64,000 nt of DNA from an uncultured virus (IMG/VR IMGVR_UViG_3300008117_000004). Lineage: Duplodnaviria; Heunggongvirae; Uroviricota; Caudoviricetes. A program made the translations under genes and the position numbers. Within the stretch, counting starts at the first letter, position 1, and every line of letters begins with the position of its first letter. Shown here piece by piece: positions 29,406 through 38,859 of this stretch. The notes under the pieces are model-generated. The model did no database searches. It was given only the letters and a program-made list of their open reading frames with translations, and was not told where the DNA came from. The stretch lies in IMG/VR virus record IMGVR_UViG_3300008117_000004, positions 1-64,000 of that record; one strand, written 5' to 3'.

Positions 29406-32400
29406 TTATATGAAATTTGTATTTGTAAAATCAGTAAATCTAGCTGCTTTACTTGATAATATATCAAAATCTGTATTTACACCTCTTTGTATATAAGGAG
29501 CGATGTTTAAGTCTGGTTGATAATTAATTACTTTACTTCTGTTTATATTAAACTTAATTGTAAACGTAAACTCTTTACCATCAGCCTCATTATCAAGTAA
29601 AAATTTAACTTTTTTAACGTGTTTAACAGTATTTCTTGTTTTGTTCAAATTTATGTATTGGTAATTTAAACCAGGTTGGTTGTTATCCAAAGCATTCATT
29701 TTAAAATAAATATTAATTGGTATTATAACAGAATTAGCTTCTCCAGGTGAAATACTTTTAACTTGATCAGAATTTGTTTCAACAATGTTTTCTAATTTTT
29801 TAATAACTGGATGAACAGATGTTAATAATTTAGTTGTTGAGTTAACCGATACCGCTCTATCTATCCACTTAGATCTATCTAAAACAGATTTATTATTACC
29901 AACAAAATTCAAAGGTGTTGTTTCATAATATCCTAAGTTAAATTCAGTAGATCCCAAAACAGATGTTAAAGAGTTATTACCAATATTATTAAATGTATTA
30001 CCAATATTTTCAGAAAGCTTTTGAACGGAGTTTGATGTAATTGAATCGTAATTAACACTCCAAAGATACTGATAGTTTAACTGAGTTCTTGTTTGTCCTG
30101 TTGTTTCAGTTGTAATCAACTCATCTCTATCATTTACCCAAAATATTTGTGGTGCACTTGAGTTATAAACAGAAGCATTATTCAAATATGTTTTATTTGA
30201 AAGTAATCCAAGTGGTGAGTCAGCTGATTTATTTCTTAATTTAACAAGAAAATCTTTAATAACATAAATATTATTAGCATAAACTCTACCAGTTGGTATA
30301 CCAGTTCCTTTAAATAATTGTAAATAATCTTCACACTCAATATTGAATGTTATTTCTGTACCATTTTTAACAGGATATTCTTGGTTATTTCTAAGTACAA
30401 CAACTTCAAGTTCACCCTTAGCTCTTGTAATTTTTTCTTCAAGTGTTTTAATTCTATTTTCAAGTTTTTGTAAATACTCAAATAAATCTAAAGCTACTCC
30501 ATTCTCATCTTTAAATCCAGATAATATTTTATCAGAATCGTGATGAAAGATTTTATTATTTATAGTAACTGTATCAGAAAGGTGTTCATCTAAACCTTTA
30601 GCTGATAACTCTCTATTCATAGAAACTTTTAAATCTTCTTTGGTAGCCTCTTGTAAAATAAATTGATTTTCATTTAAAACATTATTTAAATCATCCGGAA
30701 AATCAACAGTTAATACTTCCGACCATTCAGACTCAACTGGTGATTCAGGCCATCCAACTTCTGAAATAGATTTAACTCTAATTTCTACTCTCTCATTAGC
30801 TCTAATTGGAATATCTATTTGGTTAATATTTGGTGTATCAGCACTTGTAACATCTTCTATTTGCCAAGTATATCCACCAGTAGCAGCGTCAAAAACTCGT
30901 TTTCTAGCATCTGTTTTAAACTCATTCCAATTTGAGAAAGCTGCTGTTGTTTGTGTATTATCTAATGAGAAAGTTTCAACCGGTGTTTCTTTACCATCCT
31001 TACTTAAATATCTATATTGAACTCTAAATTGTACAATTTCTTGTGGTTTAGTACTTCTAGTGATTACAGCTTCTGGTATACTCCAAAAACCTCTAATTCT
31101 AAATACAGGTTGAACTTCACTAAAACTTGTTCTACTAAGATCTAAAATTTCTCTCGTAGTGGAATTTAATAAGTTAGATATACTATCTCTTTTTCTACCC
31201 AATTCTTCTATTTCAAATTGAGCTTCTACTCTTAGAGATTCTGATTTAAATCTTGATACTTTAGAAGTTCTATTTCTAGATATAATACCTTTAGATATTT
31301 GCTCTAATTGAGATTTTAAACTTTGTTGATAATTATGTTTTTGTTTAATCAAATTAGCATCTGGTGTATCAGTTAAATGTTTATTTATTTGAACTACTTT
31401 AAAGTTAGTCGCATTAAGAGTAGGTGATACCGGAGTACCAGCCAATTTATTAGGTGTTTTCTTAGCAACTAAATCTTGTAAAACTGTTCCATAATCATAA
31501 ACATAGTCAATATAAAACTGCTCCATTGTTATACCATCATCTGGTGAATTAGCACTTAATCTTAAATCATTTGACCAATATCCAGTTCCAAAAGACCATT
31601 CTCTCGAAAGTAAATGATTTTCAGTATTTATTGGTTTAGCAAATATTATATTTCTTTCATTATAACCAATACTAACTCTAACAGACTTTTTATAAACAAT
31701 TGGTGAATATATCTTCATAGTTCCAACACCAATTGGAATAGCCTCTAAACCTTCAACTCTCTCAACTCTTATTCTTGGACTAGTATCAGCTGTTGATATC
31801 TCAGTAACTCTATACTTTGTTGATGTTTGAGCTCTGTTAACAATAAGTTCACTACCAATTTTTAATTGTTGAATTTGATTCAGAGAAATATCAAGATAAT
31901 CTAATGTGTTTAAAACATACCAAAGTTTTCTATTAATTCTATCCTCATCAACTCTTAAAACCGAGAATTGACCTTCATACAATAATTCATTAGGATCTAA
32001 ATCAAATACTTGCTCATCAATACGTGGATTTAATGGATCCACAACACCAGGTGTTGTTCTATGCCAATTTTCAAAATCAGTAATATTAATATTTGTATTA
32101 CCTCTAAATAAAGTATTAAAACTATTTAAAGCTGATTGACCTAAGTTAGTAAAGTTTCCAGCACTATCTTTAGCAAATTCAACAATATATCTTCTTATTT
32201 GTACTTTTCTAACATTATCTTCAATTTGACCAGTTAAGTCTAATTCAATATTTAACATCGGATTTAACATAGAGTCAAAAAACCAATTATTTGTTGTATT
32301 AAAAGTTGTTATTGAACCTAAACTACTAATTGGATTAGGCTCTCTATTTAAGTCAACTGTTATAACTCGTTTAAATGAGTTAGGTGAAGTTTGAATTAGT

Positions 32401-32648
32401 GAACCAGTTACATCAATACTATAAAGTGAATTGATATTATTATTTAGTCTATCAATTTCAGATTTAAGTGAATTAATACTAGGTAGTGTATAGTTTTTTA
32501 ATACACCATTTTCATTAAATATTTGAAGACTTACAGTAGGATCAGTTGTTGTAGTTATCGAATTTATCTTTGATAATATATCAACAATATTTTTATTAAA
32601 GTTTAATATCTGATCAGCTACTTTAGGAAAAGAACTTTGAATTGGCAT
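29406..32648 (-). CDS. Large putative virion structural protein (coiled coils plus FN3-like domain)
   Basis: 1080 aa; IRVKSISEVGWP..ESEWSEVLTV; TTAATATATA upstream. Confidence 0.65.
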   Translation of the reverse strand: MPIQSSFPKVADQILNFNKNIVDILSKINSITTTTDPTVSLQIFNENGVLKNYTLPSINSLKSEIDRLNNNINSLYSIDVTGSLIQTSPNSFKRVITVDLNREPNPISSLGSITTFNTTNNWFFDSMLNPMLNIELDLTGQIEDNVRKVQIRRYIVEFAKDSAGNFTNLGQSALNSFNTLFRGNTNINITDFENWHRTTPGVVDPLNPRIDEQVFDLDPNELLYEGQFSVLRVDEDRINRKLWYVLNTLDYLDISLNQIQQLKIGSELIVNRAQTSTKYRVTEISTADTSPRIRVERVEGLEAIPIGVGTMKIYSPIVYKKSVRVSIGYNERNIIFAKPINTENHLLSREWSFGTGYWSNDLRLSANSPDDGITMEQFYIDYVYDYGTVLQDLVAKKTPNKLAGTPVSPTLNATNFKVVQINKHLTDTPDANLIKQKHNYQQSLKSQLEQISKGIISRNRTSKVSRFKSESLRVEAQFEIEELGRKRDSISNLLNSTTREILDLSRTSFSEVQPVFRIRGFWSIPEAVITRSTKPQEIVQFRVQYRYLSKDGKETPVETFSLDNTQTTAAFSNWNEFKTDARKRVFDAATGGYTWQIEDVTSADTPNINQIDIPIRANERVEIRVKSISEVGWPESPVESEWSEVLTVDFPDDLNNVLNENQFILQEATKEDLKVSMNRELSAKGLDEHLSDTVTINNKIFHHDSDKILSGFKDENGVALDLFEYLQKLENRIKTLEEKITRAKGELEVVVLRNNQEYPVKNGTEITFNIECEDYLQLFKGTGIPTGRVYANNIYVIKDFLVKLRNKSADSPLGLLSNKTYLNNASVYNSSAPQIFWVNDRDELITTETTGQTRTQLNYQYLWSVNYDSITSNSVQKLSENIGNTFNNIGNNSLTSVLGSTEFNLGYYETTPLNFVGNNKSVLDRSKWIDRAVSVNSTTKLLTSVHPVIKKLENIVETNSDQVKSISPGEANSVIIPINIYFKMNALDNNQPGLNYQYINLNKTRNTVKHVKKVKFLLDNEADGKEFTFTIKFNINRSKVINYQPDLNIAPYIQRGVNTDFDILSSKAARFTDFTNTNFI

Positions 32649-32723
32649 CTTATTCTATTTGATTTTTTAGTATATATTAAAAAAATGCTTTCTTTCATGT
32701 AAAATTTTTCATATATTTGTAGA

Positions 32724-32945
32724 ATGAAGAATTTATTTGATAAAGCTAAAAGTAAAAAAGAAGAGTCATTCTGTCTTTATTGTAAATCTAGTTTTATACC
32801 AGATAAAAGAAATTTGAAAAGAGGATGGGGGCTTTGTTGTTCAAAGTCTTGCGCAGCTTCATATAAAACTAAACTAAAACACTTAAAAGGAGTAGAAAAG
32901 ATTAGAGAAACTAGAGATTATAAATTAAATCAATTAAGAATTTAA
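32724..32945 (+). CDS. Small Zn-finger protein with C-terminal RD tag
   Basis: CLYC..CCSKSC; ends TRDYKLNQLRI. Confidence 0.7.
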   Translation: MKNLFDKAKSKKEESFCLYCKSSFIPDKRNLKRGWGLCCSKSCAASYKTKLKHLKGVEKIRETRDYKLNQLRI

Positions 32946-32969
32946 TAATAATTTTATTATATTTGTATT

Positions 32970-34838
32970 ATGATAGAACAATTAAAGAATAAGATTAAAG
33001 AAGCAAACGAGGCATATAGAATTGGAAAACCAATTATGTCTGATAAAGAATATGATATTCTTGTAGAAGAGTTATCTGATATGTCACCAGATGATGAATT
33101 GTTATCTGTTGTAGGACATGAAATTCTTGACGAAACGAGAAAAACTCGTCTACCTATTCCAATGGCTTCTATGAACAAAATTAAGTCTTTAGAAGAAATT
33201 AAAGACTGGCAACGTCTTAAACTTATCCCAAACTCTGTTGAAATTATCTGTACACCTAAATATGATGGTCTTTCTTTATGTAAAGATGAAGAAAACAACG
33301 GTGATGCTATCACTCGTGGAGATGGTGTTTATGGTCAAAAATCAAATGAACACTATAAACTTATAGGAAACAAGTTATATGACATTGAAAATGATATAGA
33401 TCCTTTCGCACCTATTACTTTCTCACATAGTTATGGTGAAGTTATTATGCCTAAACGAGTATTTATCGATAAATACTCAAATGATTATGCTAACCCAAGA
33501 AACTTCGTGGCTGGTCTTATCAACTCACCAGATGCGAGAGAAGCTTTAAAAGATTGTAACTTTATTAAATATGGTGCTATTCCATCATCAAAATTCAGAA
33601 ATCATTTCACCACTAAACAACAAATATTAGATGAATTAAATGAGAATCAAAAAGTAAAAGTACCTTATCATGTTTGTGGCATTTTAGATTTAACAGAAGA
33701 ATTACTTATCTCTTTATTTAAAGAATGGTCTGAAGAATATGAGATTGATGGTATTATCTTAGAGGTAAATAACTTAGCAACACAATCATCATTAGGTCGT
33801 GAAACTTCATCAGGTAACCCAGTATTCGCAAGAGCATTCAAACACCCAAGTTTCGAGCAATCAGCTGAAACAGAAGTAATTGGTATTACTTGGAATATTT
33901 CTAAACAAGGTTTATTAAAACCGGTATTACATATCAAACCTGTTAAATTAGACGGAGTTACTGTATCTAATGTAACTGGTAATAACGCTCGTTTCGTAAA
34001 AGATATGGGATTGGGAGTTGGTGCTAAAGTTGTTGTTAAACGTAGTGGTATGGTTATTCCAATTATTGCTGACGTATTAGAAACAGTTGAATTTGTTTTA
34101 CCAACTATCGAAGGTGTTGAGATTGATTGGAATGAGGCTGGTATTGAGTTAATCACATTAACTGAAACAGAAGAGCAAAAATTAAAAAAGAATATCGCTT
34201 TCTTTGAGATATTAGAAGCTGATAATGTTTCAGAAGGTGTTATCACACAATTGTGGGATGCTGGTTATAAAACTATTAAAGATATTTTAAATCTTAAAGT
34301 AGAAAACTTAGAAAAGATTGATCGTTTTGGTAAACGTAAAGCTAAAATTGTTTATGACTCAATTCAAAAGTCTATCACTGGTGTTCAATTATCTAAATTA
34401 CAACACGCTACTGGCATCTTCTCTGGATTAGGAAGTAAAAAGTTAGCTCTGTTAGAACACTTCAATGAAAAACCTACTGTTGGAAAAGTTATGGAAATTG
34501 AAGGATTTGCTGAGATTTCTGCTAAAACTTATGTTGATAATTATGATAAGTTCTTCGAGTTTATTTCTGATTTACCAGTTACTATTTCTGAGAAAGTTGA
34601 AGTAGTACAAGTTTCTAATGACTTAGAAGGTAAGCAGTTTGTATTCACAGGAGTTCGTCGAAAAGAATTAGAAGAGGTTATTGAATCTCGTGGTGGTAAA
34701 ATTGGTGGTAGTGTTAGTAAAAACACAACACACTTAGTTATGAAAGCGATTGGTTCTGGTTCTTCTAAAGAGAAAAAGGCTCTTGATTTGGGAGTAGAAG
34801 TTATTACTGTTGAACAATTAGAGGATCTATTAAAATAA
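32970..34838 (+). CDS. ligA: NAD-dependent DNA ligase with C-terminal BRCT domain
   Basis: Y..G.PIMSDKEYD, PKYDG adenylation motif, TRGDG, EIDGII, KRSGMVIP, BRCT FVFTG..GGSVSKNT. Confidence 0.95.
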   Translation: MIEQLKNKIKEANEAYRIGKPIMSDKEYDILVEELSDMSPDDELLSVVGHEILDETRKTRLPIPMASMNKIKSLEEIKDWQRLKLIPNSVEIICTPKYDGLSLCKDEENNGDAITRGDGVYGQKSNEHYKLIGNKLYDIENDIDPFAPITFSHSYGEVIMPKRVFIDKYSNDYANPRNFVAGLINSPDAREALKDCNFIKYGAIPSSKFRNHFTTKQQILDELNENQKVKVPYHVCGILDLTEELLISLFKEWSEEYEIDGIILEVNNLATQSSLGRETSSGNPVFARAFKHPSFEQSAETEVIGITWNISKQGLLKPVLHIKPVKLDGVTVSNVTGNNARFVKDMGLGVGAKVVVKRSGMVIPIIADVLETVEFVLPTIEGVEIDWNEAGIELITLTETEEQKLKKNIAFFEILEADNVSEGVITQLWDAGYKTIKDILNLKVENLEKIDRFGKRKAKIVYDSIQKSITGVQLSKLQHATGIFSGLGSKKLALLEHFNEKPTVGKVMEIEGFAEISAKTYVDNYDKFFEFISDLPVTISEKVEVVQVSNDLEGKQFVFTGVRRKELEEVIESRGGKIGGSVSKNTTHLVMKAIGSGSSKEKKALDLGVEVITVEQLEDLLK

Positions 34839-34906
34839 TAGATAGTATCAAATAGATAATTCTAAGGTAAGGTGAAATGAACAACCCATATCTTAATATA
34901 TAAGAT

Positions 34907-35698
34907 ATGGGAAAGAAAAAACAAATTGATGAAAAAGAGATTATTAGACTTTATACCGAAGAGAATTTTAGTGCTAGTAAAATAGGAAGACTTTTTAATG
35001 TTGATGTCGCTACTATAACAAACAGGTTAAAAGTTAATAATATTGAGGTTAAAAAGACTCATAGAAAATATTTGATAAACAAAGATTATTTTGAAGTAAT
35101 AGATTCGGAAGATAAAGCTTATTGGTTGGGTTTTTTGATGGCTGATGGTTATAATAGTGGTAAGTTTATTAGAGTGGATATACAAGATGAGGGACATTTG
35201 GAAAAATTGAGAGATAAAATTTATGTAAATTGTGATATGCCGGTTAGAAAAAAGAAAAATATAATAAACGGTAAAGATATTTTTTATCTAACAATACAAG
35301 ATAAAAAGTTATTATCTGATGTTGATTGTTTAGGATTAGTTAAGAGAAAAAGCAAAATTGTTACTTATCCAAATATAGATTCGGAATTTGATAGATTTTT
35401 TATAAAAGGTATTTTTGATGGTGATGGTTGTTTGACTTACTCAATGGATAAAAATTATAGAAGATATACTTTTTCCATTGTTGGTTCTTATGATTTGATG
35501 AAGACTTTACAATTAATACTTTCTAAAAATAATGTTAATATTAAATTAAGAAAAATGAAGTCGATATATTCAGTTTATCTAAGAGGTAATAGACAAATAA
35601 TTAAGGTTTTAGATTGGTTGTATGATGAAACAACCACTCATTTAGATAGAAAATATGAAAAATATCAAGATATGTTAAATTACTATAAAAATAAATAA
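34907..35698 (+). CDS. LAGLIDADG homing endonuclease (two motifs) with N-terminal HTH
   Basis: AYWLGFLMADG and FIKGIFDGDG; C-terminal LDRKYEK. Confidence 0.9.
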   Translation: MGKKKQIDEKEIIRLYTEENFSASKIGRLFNVDVATITNRLKVNNIEVKKTHRKYLINKDYFEVIDSEDKAYWLGFLMADGYNSGKFIRVDIQDEGHLEKLRDKIYVNCDMPVRKKKNIINGKDIFYLTIQDKKLLSDVDCLGLVKRKSKIVTYPNIDSEFDRFFIKGIFDGDGCLTYSMDKNYRRYTFSIVGSYDLMKTLQLILSKNNVNIKLRKMKSIYSVYLRGNRQIIKVLDWLYDETTTHLDRKYEKYQDMLNYYKNK

Positions 35699-35699
35699 T

Positions 35700-36200
35700 G
35701 TGGGGTGTGATTGTCATTTTTTTGTAGAGAGGTGGACAGATTCTAATGATTATGAAGGTCCAAGAGATCTTTCAGAAGAAAGAGATTTGAGATTAAATCA
35801 GATTTTAGATGAAAGTCCATCTCATTTTAGATGGGTATCTGCTGATAGTTGGGAGATAGAAACTGATGGATTTAATGAGTATTGGAACACCTTATATGAA
35901 GAACGTTTTTATTCTGGTAGAAACTACTCTTTATTTTCAATATTAGCTGATGTTAGAGGTTACGGAGAATATAATGCTATCTCAGATCCAAGAGGAATTC
36001 CAAAAGATGCTTCTTTTGGATATAAGTATATGTGTGAACAATGGAATGGTGACGGTCACTCACACTCATACTTTACTTTAAAAGAGTTATTAGAGTATGA
36101 TTGGACTGATTTTCCAAATTTTAAATCCACTTTGGATAAAATGAGTAAGTTGGATACAAATCCATCTTTTGTTAGATGTTGTTTCTTTTTTGATAATTAG
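35700..36200 (+). CDS. Conserved phage hypothetical protein (MGCDxH / RNYxLF family) with internal RD tag; GTG start
   Basis: RNYSLFSILADVR..PRGIPKDAS..HSHSYFTLKEL..FFFDN; internal EERDLRLNQIL. Confidence 0.7.
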   Translation: MGCDCHFFVERWTDSNDYEGPRDLSEERDLRLNQILDESPSHFRWVSADSWEIETDGFNEYWNTLYEERFYSGRNYSLFSILADVRGYGEYNAISDPRGIPKDASFGYKYMCEQWNGDGHSHSYFTLKELLEYDWTDFPNFKSTLDKMSKLDTNPSFVRCCFFFDN

Positions 36201-36201
36201 T

Positions 36202-36783
36202 ATGAAATTTAAAATTGAAAATAATCAAGAGTTTAGGATCTTACCGATATGGAACGGTCAGAGTTTTGACTTGAATATATCGACAAGATACGTCTATATT
36301 GATAGTAAAATATACTATGATTTAGATGGTAAACTATCAAATAAAATTTGGCTTTACAAAAGAGAATTTGATAATTCTAAAATCGCATCTAAAGTTAAGA
36401 GTATTGGAACTAGATATTTCTATTCAGTTATTCTTAATGGTGAGATTGGTTATATAGAAGTTGGTAAGTCACTAAATGATATAATAACAAACGAGTTTGT
36501 GAATAAAAGTCCACAAGATGTTATAACTGGTAGAAAATTGAGTATATCAGAAAAATATGTAAATAATATTTATCCAGATTATAAAAATTCATTTTTTTCG
36601 GATTGTGATAAATTAGATATAGACTTAGAAGATATTAAGAGAAATCAGTTTAATTTCTTTGAATATATAAATAAAATGAGTATTTTATCGAACCGACATC
36701 TTATTGACTCGGATATAAATACTATGCTTTCTCATTTCATTGGTGAGATAAGAGACGAAAAAATAGATAAAATTTTAAATTAA
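36202..36783 (+). CDS. Degenerate T4 gp32-like ssDNA-binding protein with C-terminal RD tag
   Basis: FRILP..RYFYSVI..VGKSLNDII..DVITG..YPDYKNSFF follow gp32-family motif order; ends IRDEKIDKILN. Confidence 0.5.
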   Translation: MKFKIENNQEFRILPIWNGQSFDLNISTRYVYIDSKIYYDLDGKLSNKIWLYKREFDNSKIASKVKSIGTRYFYSVILNGEIGYIEVGKSLNDIITNEFVNKSPQDVITGRKLSISEKYVNNIYPDYKNSFFSDCDKLDIDLEDIKRNQFNFFEYINKMSILSNRHLIDSDINTMLSHFIGEIRDEKIDKILN

Positions 36784-36788
36784 GTAAT

Positions 36789-37010
36789 ATGACACACAAT
36801 GAGTACACGGTTGCTATCAATGTAGTTGAGGAGCACCACCAATTAGGAACAATTGAAAAATATTCGACCGTTGTTTTAGTTGAGGCTGATGGGATTGGAC
36901 AAGCTGAACAACTTGTTTTCGACCATTTTGAACACATGGATAATGAGAACATCATCACTCACACAGTAGAGATTATCAAAACAATACCAAAAATACATTT
37001 TCATAAATAA
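36789..37010 (+). CDS. Hypothetical protein
   Basis: 73-aa ORF, translationally coupled. Confidence 0.65.
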   Translation: MTHNEYTVAINVVEEHHQLGTIEKYSTVVLVEADGIGQAEQLVFDHFEHMDNENIITHTVEIIKTIPKIHFHK

Positions 37011-37396
37011 TGAGTGTAAATCCACCAAATATCAATATAAACATTGATGAGCTTAATAAACTCAAAAATGGTCCTCATGAGGTAACAGTACAATCATATA
37101 CTAGATCTGAAATAAGATTAATTGAGACCGTTGATGAATTGGTTGAGTTAATAGTGGATAAAAAGTATGATATTGAATCCAAAATAAAAGAGATTGGATA
37201 TGATATAAATAATCTTACAGATATTGATATTTATGACGTTATAGATCTTATTATGAAAATGGAAAAAGATTTAGATGTATCTATATCTGATGGAGTAATG
37301 GAAGATGATCATTTTGATGACTTTTTACGAAAAGTTTATTCAATGATTATTTCAAAAAGAAGAGATGAAAAATTAGGTGATTTAGGAATTAATTAA
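37010..37396 (+). CDS. Acyl-carrier-protein-like protein lacking the phosphopantetheine Ser, with C-terminal RD tag
   Basis: DIYDVIDLIMKMEKDLDVSISD resembles ACP DSLDxVELxMxxExxFxxxIxD; ends RRDEKLGDLGIN. Confidence 0.55.
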   Translation: MSVNPPNININIDELNKLKNGPHEVTVQSYTRSEIRLIETVDELVELIVDKKYDIESKIKEIGYDINNLTDIDIYDVIDLIMKMEKDLDVSISDGVMEDDHFDDFLRKVYSMIISKRRDEKLGDLGIN

Positions 37397-37408
37397 AAAC
37401 AAAATAAA

Positions 37409-37822
37409 ATGGAGCTAGATTTTGATAGTTGGGATGATTATGTCCCAGTTGGTGATAATGCTATTACACCAAAAGAAGTGAACAACCCAAATATTATCAA
37501 CTTGAAAAAAGATGATAATATTAATTTATTGGAAATTGAAAAAGACTCATTTAATGAGATTTTTGATTATCAAAAAGAATATGATTTCAATGAAAATGAA
37601 ATTATGAGATTTAAGAAAGTTGAAACTCTCGATAATGGTATTGAAGTTTTTGAAAATGAAGACTCTTTCTTAATTAAGAAAGATGAGAAAATTTACTTTC
37701 TAAACGTTTATCAGTCAAATGGATACTATGAAGATGATAATAAATTAACCTTTACTGGTTGGGATTATAATATAATTGTGAATTTAAACACAATGACTGC
37801 TAAGACTAAATATGTCCGTTAA
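37409..37822 (+). CDS. Hypothetical acidic protein
   Basis: 137-aa ORF. Confidence 0.65.
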   Translation: MELDFDSWDDYVPVGDNAITPKEVNNPNIINLKKDDNINLLEIEKDSFNEIFDYQKEYDFNENEIMRFKKVETLDNGIEVFENEDSFLIKKDEKIYFLNVYQSNGYYEDDNKLTFTGWDYNIIVNLNTMTAKTKYVR

Positions 37823-37848
37823 TATACAAAAAAATTTATAAAAGTAGT

Positions 37849-37876
37849 AAACTTTTTATAAATAAATAAGTATAAT
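37849..37876 (+). promoter_or_regulatory. Putative phage-sigma promoter AAACTT-N16-TATAAT
   Basis: Similar AAAC(T/A)T-N15-17-TATAA before 40930, 23130(-), 23576(-), 14550(-) and 49693(-). Confidence 0.5.
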
Positions 37877-37909
37877 ATTACTTGGTCTTCTCATAGAGGG
37901 GATTAAGTT

Positions 37910-38596
37910 ATGAATAAATATAAGGCAATGACGGCAGTCAATAAAATTTTAACGGCAATTATGAAAGAAAACATTTTATTCTCAGAACAAGAAAAGTTTT
38001 TCGTAGAAAAAACAGGTAAAGATTTTTCAACTCTTTACAAAAAGTATTATCCAAAATTAATTTATTACACTTCTAAAATGTGTAATGATCCTCAAAAAAC
38101 AGAAGACATAGCAACAGATTCGTTCTTAACAGCTTTTGAAAAGATTGATAAGTATGATGATGAAAAAGCTCAATTTTCAACTTGGCTATTCACTATAGCT
38201 AAAAATCTTGCTCTTCAAGCAATCAAAAATGATAAAAGAAATGTATCTCTTGATACAGAGTATGATGATGAAGGTACAACAATGAAAGATTTTATACCTG
38301 AAGATTATCAAACTAATTTAGAATTATATGAGTCTAATGATATTAAGGCTTCTATTATGATAGAACAAATATCTAAATTAAAAGAACCATATAAAACAGT
38401 CATTGAAATGAGAGAGATTAGAAAAATGTCTTACAAAGAAATCTCTGATCAATTAGGTAAAAACCTAAGTACAATCAAATCACAAATAAGAAATGGTAGG
38501 TCAATTCTTATTGGTGAAACTAAAAACGACTTTAAGAAAATTGATGAAGTTTATGAAGGTCGTAGATGGAGAAATTGTATTGATACAGTTAAATAA
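37910..38596 (+). CDS. ECF-type RNA polymerase sigma-70 factor (true start possibly 37961)
   Basis: EDIATDSFLTAF..FSTWLFTIAKN (region 2); MSYKEISDQLGKNLSTIKSQIRNGR (region 4 HTH). Confidence 0.9.
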   Translation: MNKYKAMTAVNKILTAIMKENILFSEQEKFFVEKTGKDFSTLYKKYYPKLIYYTSKMCNDPQKTEDIATDSFLTAFEKIDKYDDEKAQFSTWLFTIAKNLALQAIKNDKRNVSLDTEYDDEGTTMKDFIPEDYQTNLELYESNDIKASIMIEQISKLKEPYKTVIEMREIRKMSYKEISDQLGKNLSTIKSQIRNGRSILIGETKNDFKKIDEVYEGRRWRNCIDTVK

Positions 38597-38859
38597 TGGA
38601 TTTTAATATTGGTGATATAGTTATCTGTACTGGTTTTGACCGTCTTTTCAAAAAGGACAGTCAAAATCTTTTAGAGTCATTTGGTATTGATAGAAATCAA
38701 AAATTAATGGTTTTGGATACTTTTGAAGATGGTGAAGAAAAACTTCTGATATTTGAAAACCCTTCTAAAATCCATGCTGATAAATTTTGTATAGATAAAA
38801 GTTTCTTCACAAAAGTAGAAGAAATAAGAGATAGTAAACTCATAAAACTTTTAAAATGA
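38596..38859 (+). CDS. Small hypothetical protein with C-terminal RD tag
   Basis: FNIGDIVIC N-terminus; ends IRDSKLIKLLK. Confidence 0.7.
   Translation: MDFNIGDIVICTGFDRLFKKDSQNLLESFGIDRNQKLMVLDTFEDGEEKLLIFENPSKIHADKFCIDKSFFTKVEEIRDSKLIKLLK

Noticed and set aside
32957..34726. Minus-strand ORFs within ligA (32957, 33668, 34541)
   Set aside because: Antisense shadows of a well-supported gene.
34839..35699. Group I intron or intein hosting the LAGLIDADG gene
   Set aside because: ligA ends intact with BRCT and a stop codon; flanks are too short for an intron core.
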